A stretch of 58,306 nt of DNA from Candidatus Eiseniibacteriota bacterium (lineage in GTDB: Bacteria; Eisenbacteria; RBG-16-71-46). The notes beneath the pieces are model-generated. The model searched no databases and was not told the DNA's origin. It was given only the letters and a program-made list of their open reading frames with translations. The DNA is taken from assembly GCA_035691845.1 (NCBI GenBank), contig DASSIN010000161.1, forward strand, positions 1 through 58,306, written 5' to 3'. Shown piece after piece: positions 26,678 through 36,061 of this stretch (positions are counted from its first letter, which is position 1; each line of letters starts with the position of its first letter). The translations under genes were made by a program, and so were the position numbers.

Positions 26678-27247
26678 GTGAACCCCTACGGCCTGATTCG
26701 CTACGAGTGGTTCGCGTGGTTCGCATCCTGGATGCTGGCCGCGTGGTGGCGCTCGCGCGCGCAGGCGCGCGCCGGCATCGGCCGCGAGGGCGCATCGCGG
26801 ATCGCGATCATCGGCGGAGCGCTGCTGATGTTCGCGTCGGAGCGGTTCGCGCGCGTGCTGGCATGGCCGGTGAGCGTGCCGCTGGCCTGGGCGCTGGATG
26901 CCGTGGCGCTGGCCGGATTCCTGTTCACGTGGTGGGCGCGGCTGACGCTCGGCCGATTGTGGTCCGGCAACGTGACGCGCAAGGCCGACCACCACATCGT
27001 GGACACGGGCCCCTACGCGCTGGTGCGTCACCCGATCTACACCGGCCTCGCGCTGGCGCTGATCGCCACGGCCGCCATGACCGGCAGTTTCGGCGGCCTG
27101 TTGGGCGGCGCGCTCGTGATCTACGGCCTGTACCTCAAGGCGCGCGTCGAGGAGCAGTTCCTGCGCGAGGAGCTGGGGGCCCAAGGCTACGACGCCTACG
27201 CGCGGCGCGTGCCGATGCTGGTGCCGTTCACGCGGTTCTCCGCGTGA
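26678..27247 (+). CDS. Isoprenylcysteine carboxyl methyltransferase (ICMT/Ste14) family membrane protein
   Basis: WARLTLGRLWS, HIVDTGPYALVRHPIYTG, KARVEEQFL, Y..Y.RRVP. Confidence 0.88.
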   Translation: MNPYGLIRYEWFAWFASWMLAAWWRSRAQARAGIGREGASRIAIIGGALLMFASERFARVLAWPVSVPLAWALDAVALAGFLFTWWARLTLGRLWSGNVTRKADHHIVDTGPYALVRHPIYTGLALALIATAAMTGSFGGLLGGALVIYGLYLKARVEEQFLREELGAQGYDAYARRVPMLVPFTRFSA

Positions 27248-28737
27248 GCGAGCCGCCGCGGTTCCGCGGCTCCGCCGCGGTGGTGCTGGTGCGGGGCCAC
27301 GGTCGCGAGCTCGAGACGTTCTGGGTGCGCCGCAGCGAGGCGGTGAGCTTCATGCCGGAGTTCGATGCGTTCATCGGCGGCAGCACCGAGCCCGCCGACG
27401 CCGAGCTACCGCTGGCGGGCGCCGCCGACGACGCCGGCCGCATGCTGCGCGCGTGCGCGATCCGCGAGGCGTTCGAGGAGGCGGGCGTGCTCGTGGCGCT
27501 CGACCCCGCCGGCGCGCCCGGGGCCGATCCCGCCACGCTCGCCGCGGCGCGCGCGCAGCTGCTCGCGGGCGGGGTGTCGTTCGCGGCGCTGGCCGCGCGC
27601 CACGGCTGGCGGTTCCGCGCCGACGCGCTCGCGCCCGCCGGGCGCTGGCAGACGCCGCCGTTCGCGACCACGCGCTTCGACACGCAGTACTTCCTGGCGC
27701 GCGTGCCCGATGGCCAGCAGGCGAGCGTGCACGCGGGGGAGCTGGCATCGGGCCAATGGACCACGCCCGCCGAGGCGATCGCGCGCTGGAAGCAGGGCGA
27801 CGCCACGTTCGCGGCGCCGATCCTGCACACGCTGCTCGGAATCGCCGCGGGCGAGGACGGGCTCGCCGCGCGGCTCGAGGCGGCGCCGGAACGCAGCCGC
27901 ACCCCGGTGCGTCGCATCGAGCTGCAGTGGGGCGTGGTGCTGCACCCCATGCGCACGAAGCCGCTGCCGCCCGCCACGCACACCAACTGCTACGTCGTCG
28001 GCGAGCGTGACGCCGCGCTGATCGATCCCGGCGGCGCCGATCCCGAGGACCTGGAGGAGCTGTTCACGCTGCTGGACGTGCTGGCGCGCGAGCAGCGGCG
28101 CGTGACCATCGTGCTCGTCACGCATCACCATCCCGACCACGTCGCCGGGCTCGAGGCCGTGCGCGCGCACACCAGCGCGCCGGTGGCCGCGCACGCCGCC
28201 ACCGCGCGCCACGTGCACGCCGACGTGGTGCTGAAGGACGGCGACCTCGTGCCGCTCGCGCCCGGCCCGGCGGGCGAGTGGGGCCTGCGCGCGCTGCACA
28301 CGCCCGGCCACGCGGCCGGCCACATGTGCTTCCTGCTGCCACGGACGGGCGCGCTGTTCACCGGCGATCACATCCCGGGCGGGCGCGGCACCGTGATCAT
28401 CGACCCGCCCGATGGCGACATGCACGCCTACCTGGCCGCGCTCGAGCGGCTGCTGGAGGAGCCGGTGCGCACGCTGTTCCCCGGACACGGCTCGCCGCAG
28501 GGCGCGCCGCAGCGGCGGATCCGCGGGCTGATCGCGCATCGGCTGGAGCGCAAGGCGAAGGTGCTCGCCGCGCTCGGCGCCGATCCCGAGCCGCCCCAGG
28601 CGCTGGTGCCGCGCGCCTACGACGACACGCCCGAGAGCCTGTGGCGCTACGCCGAGCGCTCGCTGCTCGCGCATCTGATCGAGCTCGAGGCCGAGGGCCA
28701 TGCGGCGCGGGCGGGGGAGCGCTGGCGGCGCGCGTGA
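27244..28737 (+). CDS. NUDIX + metallo-beta-lactamase-fold fusion protein (LACTB2-like C-terminus)
   Basis: Nudix box with insertion GG...AIREAFEEAGV and RFDTQYF; MBL motifs THHHPDH, HTPGHAAGH, FTGDH, PGHG; GTG overlaps the upstream TGA. Confidence 0.88.
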   Translation: MSEPPRFRGSAAVVLVRGHGRELETFWVRRSEAVSFMPEFDAFIGGSTEPADAELPLAGAADDAGRMLRACAIREAFEEAGVLVALDPAGAPGADPATLAAARAQLLAGGVSFAALAARHGWRFRADALAPAGRWQTPPFATTRFDTQYFLARVPDGQQASVHAGELASGQWTTPAEAIARWKQGDATFAAPILHTLLGIAAGEDGLAARLEAAPERSRTPVRRIELQWGVVLHPMRTKPLPPATHTNCYVVGERDAALIDPGGADPEDLEELFTLLDVLAREQRRVTIVLVTHHHPDHVAGLEAVRAHTSAPVAAHAATARHVHADVVLKDGDLVPLAPGPAGEWGLRALHTPGHAAGHMCFLLPRTGALFTGDHIPGGRGTVIIDPPDGDMHAYLAALERLLEEPVRTLFPGHGSPQGAPQRRIRGLIAHRLERKAKVLAALGADPEPPQALVPRAYDDTPESLWRYAERSLLAHLIELEAEGHAARAGERWRRA

Positions 28738-28776
28738 CGCGCTCGCGCGCGTGAACGCGACGCCAGGCGCCCGCGC

Positions 28777-29622
28777 GTGAATCCCGCCTACGCGCTGGCC
28801 GTGCTCACCGCCGCCGTGTACGGCAGCGCCGACTTCCTCGGGGGCCTCGCCACGCGGCGCGCCTCGGCGATCGTGGTGACGTTCGTGTCCGGCGCCGCCG
28901 GACTGCTGACGCTGGCCGCCGGCACGCCGTGGATCCACGGCGTCCCCATGCCCGGCGATTTCGCGTGGGCGATCGGCTCGGGCGTGTGCGGCGCGCTCGG
29001 CATCATCGCGCTGTACCGCGCGCTCGCGCTCGGGACGGTGAGCGTGGCCGCGCCCGTGATCTCGCTCACCATGCTGGCCGTGCCCGTCGCGGCCGGCCTC
29101 GCGCTGGGCGAGCGGCCCGGGGCGCTCGCGCTGCTCGGCATGGCGCTGGCCGCGGGCGCGTTTCCGCTGTTGTCGCACACCGGCGCGCGGGAGCACGCGG
29201 AGCGCGCCCGGCTGCGCGCGATGCTGCGCGTGGCGGTGGCGTCCGGGGTCATGCTGGGCGGGTTCCTGGTGTGCATCCGCCCGCTCGCGCCCGGGGCCGG
29301 GCTCGCGCCGTTGATCGTGGCGCGACTCACGATCGTGCTGGTCTCGGGGCTGATCCTGCTCGTCCGCCGCCAGCCGGTGCGCATCCCGCCGGCGGCTCAG
29401 CCCGCCACGCTGTTCGCCGGTTTGTGCGACTCCGGCGCCAACATCAGCTACTTCTTCGCCGTCCACCGCGCCCCGCTCGCCGGCGTCGGCACGATCGTGG
29501 CGCTGTCGCCGGCCGCCACGCTGCTGCTGGCGCGCGTCATCCTGCGCGAGCGCTGGACGCTGCCGCAGCAGGCCGGCCTCGTGCTCGCCGCCGCCGCGAT
29601 CGTGTGCGTTTCGCTGGGGTGA
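28777..29622 (+). CDS. EamA/DMT-family transporter
   Basis: YGSADFLGG, LYRALALGTVSVAAPV, ALSPAATLLLARVILRER; about 10 hydrophobic helices in two repeats. Confidence 0.9.
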   Translation: MNPAYALAVLTAAVYGSADFLGGLATRRASAIVVTFVSGAAGLLTLAAGTPWIHGVPMPGDFAWAIGSGVCGALGIIALYRALALGTVSVAAPVISLTMLAVPVAAGLALGERPGALALLGMALAAGAFPLLSHTGAREHAERARLRAMLRVAVASGVMLGGFLVCIRPLAPGAGLAPLIVARLTIVLVSGLILLVRRQPVRIPPAAQPATLFAGLCDSGANISYFFAVHRAPLAGVGTIVALSPAATLLLARVILRERWTLPQQAGLVLAAAAIVCVSLG

Positions 29623-29688
29623 CGCGCCCGGCGGCCTTGCGATCGCCGGAGGCGTCGGTCCGCCGGCGCCGTCACCGCAGCGGCGATG

Positions 29689-30855
29689 TCACCGGCTCGG
29701 GCTCGCCGCCCATCCCCCATGCGGGGTCGCGCGCGTGACGATCCGCAGCGGCTGGAGCGACACGAAGAATCCCCGCCGGTGGACGTCCGACAACCCCGCG
29801 GCCTCCGGAACCGAACCCTCGTCGTACCGGATGCCGGCGTAAGGCGTCTCGAAACCGACGCCCCATCCGAACGTGTCGGCGACGATGTCCCCGGCGCGGT
29901 CCTCGACGTGCCCGAACCGGAGCCACGCGACGTGCGCGAACCCGAGCTCGAGGCCGGCGTGCGTGACGTGGTAGCTCTCTGGGCCGCTGCCGGCGTGGAC
30001 GGACTCGTGCTCGAACGCGCCCGCGAGAGAGATCATCGGCGTCAGCGTTTCCAGCAGCCAGGGTGCCATGCGGACGCCCTCGGGCCAGCCCAGCGTGGTG
30101 CGCAGCGCGGCGCCATCGCGGGCGATGCGCGAGGTGGGCGCGCGCTCGCTCAGGAACGTGATCGCGGCGTCGTTGCTGTTCTCGATCGAGTGCCCGTACG
30201 ACGCGTCGATACGCAGCGGCAGCGCGGCGCCCGCCATCCGCGAGCCGTCGAAGGGGGTCATGCGGACCAGCACCCCGATGTCGGTGGCGGGCGTGGAGCC
30301 CTGCGCCCCCAGGATCGGCGCCAGCGCCACATCGACGTGCTTGCGATTGTATCCGAACGCCACGTCGACGAACCGGCCGACTCCGGGCGCATCCCGTCCG
30401 AATAGCCGTGCCGCGCCATCCACCAGCGACGCCGCGCTCACCCCGACTCCCCACGACGAGATCTTCTCGTACGATGAAAATATCCCCACCACGTTGCCGG
30501 ATTCGTCGGTCACCATCGATGGGCCGTAGTCGAGCCTCGAGTAACCGCCCAGTGAAGCGCCGACGCCGCCCGCGGCGACGATGTAGCGGTCGGTGGTGAA
30601 GAACACGTCGGAGGACAGGTCCGGCACGAGCTGCTCGCGCATGTGCTCGTAACGCAGGCCGTCGTGGTACGCCAGCAGCGCGGGATTGGCCCAATGGTTG
30701 GGATCGCCCCAGAACACGGCGTTGCTGGCGCCCCCCATCCCGGCGGAGATGGGCGAGGGGTCGAGGTCGAGGCTGCGCGCGGTGCCTTGGGCGAATGACG
30801 TGCGCGGCGAGGCGAGCGTGACCAGGGCGAAGGCGATGATCGGCCAACGGCTCAT
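29689..30855 (-). CDS. PorV-family outer-membrane beta-barrel protein
   Basis: Signal peptide; 'LDPSPISAGMGGA...WANPALLAY', 'QLVPDLSSD' and 'YGPSMVTDESGNVVGIFSSYE' parallel the PorV N-terminal motifs; alternating strand pattern. Confidence 0.75.
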   Translation of the reverse strand: MSRWPIIAFALVTLASPRTSFAQGTARSLDLDPSPISAGMGGASNAVFWGDPNHWANPALLAYHDGLRYEHMREQLVPDLSSDVFFTTDRYIVAAGGVGASLGGYSRLDYGPSMVTDESGNVVGIFSSYEKISSWGVGVSAASLVDGAARLFGRDAPGVGRFVDVAFGYNRKHVDVALAPILGAQGSTPATDIGVLVRMTPFDGSRMAGAALPLRIDASYGHSIENSNDAAITFLSERAPTSRIARDGAALRTTLGWPEGVRMAPWLLETLTPMISLAGAFEHESVHAGSGPESYHVTHAGLELGFAHVAWLRFGHVEDRAGDIVADTFGWGVGFETPYAGIRYDEGSVPEAAGLSDVHRRGFFVSLQPLRIVTRATPHGGWAASPSR

Positions 30856-31143
30856 GGCGTGAGGCCTTCCTGGGGGAGGATACGACCGGAACGTTATCAC
30901 GCGACTGCCCGACCGGTTCGTGGATTTTCGGAGCCGGCGAACGTGGCGGGGACCGACGGTCCCCGCCCGATTCCGAAACCACGTTCGATTGAAGGGTTTG
31001 CGCCGCGCCTGGCGCGGGGTAGGCTTGTCGCGCTGGTACCGTGCCGTCGGCCGACCCCTCGCACTTCGAAGCGCCGCCCTCGAGACACCCGCATGGTGAC
31101 TCCGGCCGCGGCGCGGCACCCCGCTCCGAAAGGCTCGATCCCC

Positions 31144-33501
31144 GTGCGTTCAGCGCTCCCGAGAAGCCTCGCCCTGGTGCTGGTGCTCGCCTTTGCGCTC
31201 GGCCCCGTGACGTCGTCCCTCGCGGCCACCCCGTTCCCGATGGCGGGCGGCAATTACTTCGAGAACTTCGACGACATCGCGAACTGGACCAACAACTTCG
31301 CGGCCGGGATCGGCGCGCAGTATTGGGCCTCGGTGCCCGTCAACAGCAGCGGCACGATCCCCGACGGCGTCAGGATCACCGTGAGCACGGCCACGTTCGT
31401 GTCGGGCACGACGGGCGGCGTGCAGAAAGGCACGGGCACGATCGAGCTGCTGTCCACGAACGGCACCGACAACATCAACGCCGACGCCATCGACCTGCTG
31501 CTCGACTTCACCGGCATGACGGCCGGCACGTTGAGCTACGACTTCGCCACGGTGTTCAACACCACCGGCAACCGCAACGGCTCGCTGCGCGTCTACACCA
31601 GCACCGACGGCGTCACGTTCACCGAGCTCACCGCCGCCTCGGTCGTCAACTTCCAGAACAACGTCACGTTCTCGAAGCAGGTCTCGCTGGTCCAGCTGCC
31701 GGCGTCGTTCACGAACTGCGCGACGGCGCGCATCCGGTTCTACGACTACAACGGCACCGGGCCATCCGGCTCGTCGGGCGCGCGGCCCAAGGCCTCGATC
31801 GACAACGTCGCCGTGACCGCCACACCGATCAGCGCGGGCGGCCCCGGCGGGCCCGTGATCTCGAACATCGCGACGTTGCCGGCGACGCCGCTGGACACGC
31901 TCGGCGTCGACGTCCAGGCCAGCGTTGTGGACAGCGCGCGCGCGTTGGATGCGGTCTCGCTGGCGTGGGGGCTGAACAGCGCCACGCTCACCAACGTCAT
32001 CAGCATGGGACCCACGGGCGGAGACACGTGGCAGACGGCGCAACCGGTCCCGCCCGAGCCCGGCGGCACCCACGTCTACTACCAGATCACCGCCGTCGAC
32101 GACTCCGCCACCGTGCAGTCGCCGATCCTCGACTACACCGTCACCGCCACGGGCGGTGGCGGCAGCGCGGCGCCCGTTATCACCTCGGTGTACGAGGCCA
32201 GCGACTCGACGCTGCAGGTGTGGTTCAACGAGCCGGTCGACTCCGCCAGTGCGCAGACGCCGGGCAACTACGACGTGAACGGCATCGTGGCCGTGGCCGC
32301 CGCGCGCGACCCGGGCTCGGCCGCTCGCGTGATCATCACCGTGCGCGCCATTCCCGCCGGCGACCGGACGCTCACCGTGAACGGCGTCGGCGATCTGGCC
32401 GATGCGCACTTCACCCGCAACGCCACGTTCGCATTCCACTTCGTGGACGTGTCGATCCCGGCCGCCTACTACGCCAGCGCCGCCGGCCTGCGCGGCTCGG
32501 CGCTGCTGATCGCGCTCCACAACATCATCAAGGGGCACACGGCGCTCACCTACACCGCCACCGCCACCGCGTTCCAGCACACCGACAAGCGCCCCGACGG
32601 CAACGTGTGGGACGTGTATTCCGACGTGCCGGGCGGGACGCCGCCGTACGAGTACGCGTTCGGCCCGCTGGGCTCGGGCAGCACCGAGGGCGTTGCGTAC
32701 AACCGCGAGCACTCGTTCCCGCAGTCGTGGTTCGGCGGCAGCGTGCTGCCGATGTACTCGGACCTGTGGATCATCTACCCGACCGACTCCAAGGTGAACA
32801 GCGAGCGCGGCAACTACCCCTACGGCAAGGTCGGCACCGCGACGTGGACGTCGCTGAACGGCACCCGGCTCGGCAACTGCGTGTCGCCGGGGTACACCGG
32901 CACCTGCTTCGAGCCGATCGACGGCTACAAGGGCGATCTCGCCCGCAGCCAGTTCTACGTGGCCACGCGCTACTACGGCGAGGACGCCTCGTGGCCGGGC
33001 GGCGCTTCGACCGACAAATCGCAGCTGCTGCCGTGGGCGGCCGACCAGTACATGCTGTGGAGCCTGGCCGACTCCGTGAGCTGGAAGGAGCGCGTGCGCA
33101 ACGCCGCGATCTACGAATACCAGCACAACCGCAACCCGTTCGTCGATCACCCCGAGTACGTGAGCGCGATCTGGGACTCCGCCAACGTCACCGGCGTCGG
33201 CGGCGGGACAGCCACGCCGCGGCACGCCATGCTGCGCGCCGCGATGCCGAACCCGTTCCAGGCGCGCACCACGCTTCGCTACGACCTGCCGCGGCGCGAC
33301 CGCGTGACGCTGCGCGTCTACGACCTCTCCGGACGGCTGGTGCGCTCGCTCGTGTCCGGCGCGCTGCAGGACGCCGGACGGCACGCGTGCGAGTGGGATG
33401 GCCGCGACGACGCCGGCGCCCCGATGGCCGCGGGGCTCTACTTCGGCCGGCTCGAGGCGGGCGCGGAACACGACGTGAGCCGGCTGGTGCGGATCCGCTG
33501 A
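31144..33501 (+). CDS. Secreted endonuclease I (EndA/Bsn-type) with N-terminal accessory domains and FlgD/T9SS-like CTD
   Basis: Signal peptide; VWDVYS, YNREHSFPQSW, YPTDSKVNSERGNYPYG, KGDLARSQFYVATRY, ERVRNAAIYEYQHNRNPFVDHPE; CTD PNPFQ...YDLSGRLVRSL...WDGRDDAG. Confidence 0.9.
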   Translation: MRSALPRSLALVLVLAFALGPVTSSLAATPFPMAGGNYFENFDDIANWTNNFAAGIGAQYWASVPVNSSGTIPDGVRITVSTATFVSGTTGGVQKGTGTIELLSTNGTDNINADAIDLLLDFTGMTAGTLSYDFATVFNTTGNRNGSLRVYTSTDGVTFTELTAASVVNFQNNVTFSKQVSLVQLPASFTNCATARIRFYDYNGTGPSGSSGARPKASIDNVAVTATPISAGGPGGPVISNIATLPATPLDTLGVDVQASVVDSARALDAVSLAWGLNSATLTNVISMGPTGGDTWQTAQPVPPEPGGTHVYYQITAVDDSATVQSPILDYTVTATGGGGSAAPVITSVYEASDSTLQVWFNEPVDSASAQTPGNYDVNGIVAVAAARDPGSAARVIITVRAIPAGDRTLTVNGVGDLADAHFTRNATFAFHFVDVSIPAAYYASAAGLRGSALLIALHNIIKGHTALTYTATATAFQHTDKRPDGNVWDVYSDVPGGTPPYEYAFGPLGSGSTEGVAYNREHSFPQSWFGGSVLPMYSDLWIIYPTDSKVNSERGNYPYGKVGTATWTSLNGTRLGNCVSPGYTGTCFEPIDGYKGDLARSQFYVATRYYGEDASWPGGASTDKSQLLPWAADQYMLWSLADSVSWKERVRNAAIYEYQHNRNPFVDHPEYVSAIWDSANVTGVGGGTATPRHAMLRAAMPNPFQARTTLRYDLPRRDRVTLRVYDLSGRLVRSLVSGALQDAGRHACEWDGRDDAGAPMAAGLYFGRLEAGAEHDVSRLVRIR

Positions 33502-33571
33502 ACGCCCTGTTGCGCGCCGCGGCGCCCGCGCGCGGCAGCGCGGCCGCGGCGCGGAGCCGCCGCGGAACGCC

Positions 33572-33598
33572 TGTGATACTTCGGCCTCCGGTTCCGTA
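33572..33598 (+). promoter_or_regulatory. Candidate ECF-type autoregulatory promoter
   Basis: TGTGATA-N16-CGTA directly upstream of the ECF gene, same architecture as TGTCACA-N16-CGTC ECF promoters. Confidence 0.45.
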
Positions 33599-33609
33599 AC
33601 ATCGACACC

Positions 33610-34149
33610 ATGGCCATGGAACAGGTGATCCCGGGCTGGCGGTGGTTGAGCCCGGCGCGCGAGCAGGACTGGGACGCGCTGTACGCCGAGCAGATGCCGC
33701 GCGTCTACAACTTCCTGCGGTTCCGGGTGGGCAACGACACGGTGGCCGAGGACCTCACCTCGATCGTGTTCGAGAAGGCATGGCGGGCGCGCAGCCGCTA
33801 CCGGCGCGACCTGGCGGCGTTCGGCACCTGGCTGTTCGCGATCGCGCGCAACGTCGCCACCGATCACTTCCGCCAGCGCCGCGAGCACGCGCCGCTGGCG
33901 GCGGCGGCCGGTGTCGCCTCGGGCGCCACGCCCGAGGAGCTGGCCGAGCGGCGCTCGGACGGCGAACGGCTGGCGCGGTTGCTGGCGCCGCTTCCCGCGC
34001 GCGAACGCGAGCTGGTGGCGCTGAAGTATGGCGCCGGCCTCACCAACCGCGCGATCGCGCGGCTGACGGGGCTCGGCGAATCCAACGTCGGCACGATCCT
34101 GCACCGCGTGGTGGTGCAGCTTCGGGCCGAGTGGGGAGAGAGGAGCTGA
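33610..34149 (+). CDS. ECF RNA polymerase sigma factor
   Basis: VAEDLTSIVFEKAW, WLFAIARNVATDHFR, LPARERELVALKY, GESNVGTILHR. Confidence 0.93.
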   Translation: MAMEQVIPGWRWLSPAREQDWDALYAEQMPRVYNFLRFRVGNDTVAEDLTSIVFEKAWRARSRYRRDLAAFGTWLFAIARNVATDHFRQRREHAPLAAAAGVASGATPEELAERRSDGERLARLLAPLPARERELVALKYGAGLTNRAIARLTGLGESNVGTILHRVVVQLRAEWGERS

Positions 34150-34151
34150 CG

Positions 34152-35135
34152 ATGGACGACCGTTTTCTCGAGGCGCAGCGCCGCGCCCCGCGCGGCGAGT
34201 TCGCGAATGCGTTGCGCGAGCGCCTGACCGCGCTCGAGCGCGACGCCGAGGTGCATCCGGCGCGCCGCGGGCGGCGCTGGCTGGCGGCCGGGCTGGCGGC
34301 GGCGGCGCTGGCCGTGGCGTTCACGTTCCCGGCCGTGCGCGCCGCCGCGCAGCAGATGCTGGACGTGTTCCGCGTGCGTGATTTCGCCGCGGTGCAGGTG
34401 GATGCCGCGCGCATCCAGCAGCTCGAGAACCGGCATCTCGACCCCGGCTCCGTGCTGGGCGGCAAGGTGGAGACGGTGCACGAGGGGGGTCCGCCGCAGC
34501 GGTTCGCGAACGTGGATGCCGCCGCGGCGGCCGCAGGGTTCACGCCGGCGCGCCCCACGTTGCTGCCGGCGGCGCTGGCGCCCGAGAGCGTGTTCGTGAC
34601 CGGCGCCGCCACCATGCGCATGACGGTGGACGAAGCCAAGCTGCGCTCGCTGCTCGAGAGCCTCGACGTGCGCGACCTCGAGCTGCCGCCCGGGCTCGAC
34701 CAGGCGCCGATCGAGGTGCGCCGGCCCACGGTGGTGGTGCAGACGTTCGCGGGCCCGCGCCACCGGCGCGTGGCGCTGGTGCAGTGCGCGAGCCCCGAGG
34801 TGTCGCTGCCGCGCGGGCTGGACCTGGCGCGGCTCGGCGAGATCGGCATGCGCGTGCTGGGGGTGGCGCCGGCCGAGGCGCATCGCATCGCGACTTCGAT
34901 CGACTGGCGCACGACGCTGGTGGTGCCGGTGATGTCGTCGGCCACGCGCTTCCAGCAACTCGACGTCAACGGCGCGCGCGGCCTGCTGCTCGAGACCACG
35001 CAGACCCAGGTGCCGGGCGGTCCCGACCGCGGCCCCGGACGGGTGCTGCTGTGGACGCACGACGGCCGCGTCTACGCCGTGATGGGCGACCTCGAGTCCC
35101 TGGACATCGTACAGATCGCGCAATCGGTGCATTAG
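34152..35135 (+). CDS. Putative membrane-anchored anti-sigma factor
   Basis: Starts 2 nt after the sigma stop; short charged N-terminus, one TM (WLAAGLAAAALAVAFTFPAV), large extracytoplasmic domain. Confidence 0.7.
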   Translation: MDDRFLEAQRRAPRGEFANALRERLTALERDAEVHPARRGRRWLAAGLAAAALAVAFTFPAVRAAAQQMLDVFRVRDFAAVQVDAARIQQLENRHLDPGSVLGGKVETVHEGGPPQRFANVDAAAAAAGFTPARPTLLPAALAPESVFVTGAATMRMTVDEAKLRSLLESLDVRDLELPPGLDQAPIEVRRPTVVVQTFAGPRHRRVALVQCASPEVSLPRGLDLARLGEIGMRVLGVAPAEAHRIATSIDWRTTLVVPVMSSATRFQQLDVNGARGLLLETTQTQVPGGPDRGPGRVLLWTHDGRVYAVMGDLESLDIVQIAQSVH

Positions 35136-35146
35136 GCTCCCGCCTC

Positions 35147-36061
35147 ATGTCCGGGGCCGTGGTCCAGGTGCGGGGGTTGCGCAAGCGGTTCGGCGCAACG
35201 CTCGCCGTCGCGGATCTCTCCCTGTCGCTCGGGCCGGGGGAGATCTTTGGCTTCCTGGGGCCGAACGGGGCCGGGAAGACGACGGCGATCAAGATGCTGC
35301 TCGGCCTGGTGCGGCCGAGCGCGGGCGGCGGCCGCCTGCTGGGGGCGCCGCTGGGCGACCGCGCCACGCGCGCGCGCGTCGGGTTCCTGCCCGAACACTT
35401 CCGGTTCCAGGAGTGGCTCACGGGCCGCGAGCTGCTGCGTTTCCACGGCCGGCTGCTCGGGCTCGGCGCCGGGGCGCTGTCAGGGCGCATCGCCGCGCTG
35501 CTCGCCCGCGTCGATCTCACCCACGCCGCCGACCGCCGGCTGGCCACCTACAGCAAGGGCATGGTGCAGCGCATCGGGCTCGCCGCCGCGCTGCTGAACG
35601 AGCCCGCGCTCGTGATCCTGGACGAGCCCACATCCGGCCTCGATCCCATCGGCCGCCTGCTGGTACGCGACATCCTGCGCGAGCTGAAGCAGCGCGGCGT
35701 CACCGTGTTCCTGAACTCGCACCTGCTGGGCGAGGTGGAGCAGACCTGCGACCGGGTCGCGTTCCTGAACCACGGGCGCATCGTGCTCGAGCACGCGCTG
35801 GGCGCCGATCGAAGCGGCGTGGAGGTCGAGGTGCGGGCGGACGGCATCGACGGCGAGGCGCTGGCGGCGCTCGGGCGCATCGGCGGCGTGACGCGCACGG
35901 CCGACGGCCTGGTGGTGCGCCTCCCGGACGCCGAACGCGTGCCCGAGGTCGCGCGCTGCCTCGTGACCCGAGGCGCGCGGCTGCGCCACCTGGCGCTCGT
36001 CCACACCTCGCTCGAAGCGCTGTTCATGCAGGTGATGGGCGACGAGGCGCGGCCCGGATGA
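35147..36061 (+). CDS. ABC exporter ATP-binding protein
   Basis: Walker A GPNGAGKTT, signature YSKGM, Walker B LVILDEP, H-loop NSH. Confidence 0.95.
   Translation: MSGAVVQVRGLRKRFGATLAVADLSLSLGPGEIFGFLGPNGAGKTTAIKMLLGLVRPSAGGGRLLGAPLGDRATRARVGFLPEHFRFQEWLTGRELLRFHGRLLGLGAGALSGRIAALLARVDLTHAADRRLATYSKGMVQRIGLAAALLNEPALVILDEPTSGLDPIGRLLVRDILRELKQRGVTVFLNSHLLGEVEQTCDRVAFLNHGRIVLEHALGADRSGVEVEVRADGIDGEALAALGRIGGVTRTADGLVVRLPDAERVPEVARCLVTRGARLRHLALVHTSLEALFMQVMGDEARPG

Noticed and set aside
32701-32830. Endonuclease I with DLWII instead of DLHH, a possible dead enzyme
   Set aside because: The catalytic His of the REH motif and the Asn residues (VNSERGN) of the His-Me finger are intact.
33513-33553. 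11-bp GC stem after the nuclease gene as an intrinsic terminator
   Set aside because: All-GC stem with a 19-nt loop and no U-tract; such complementarity is common by chance at this GC content.
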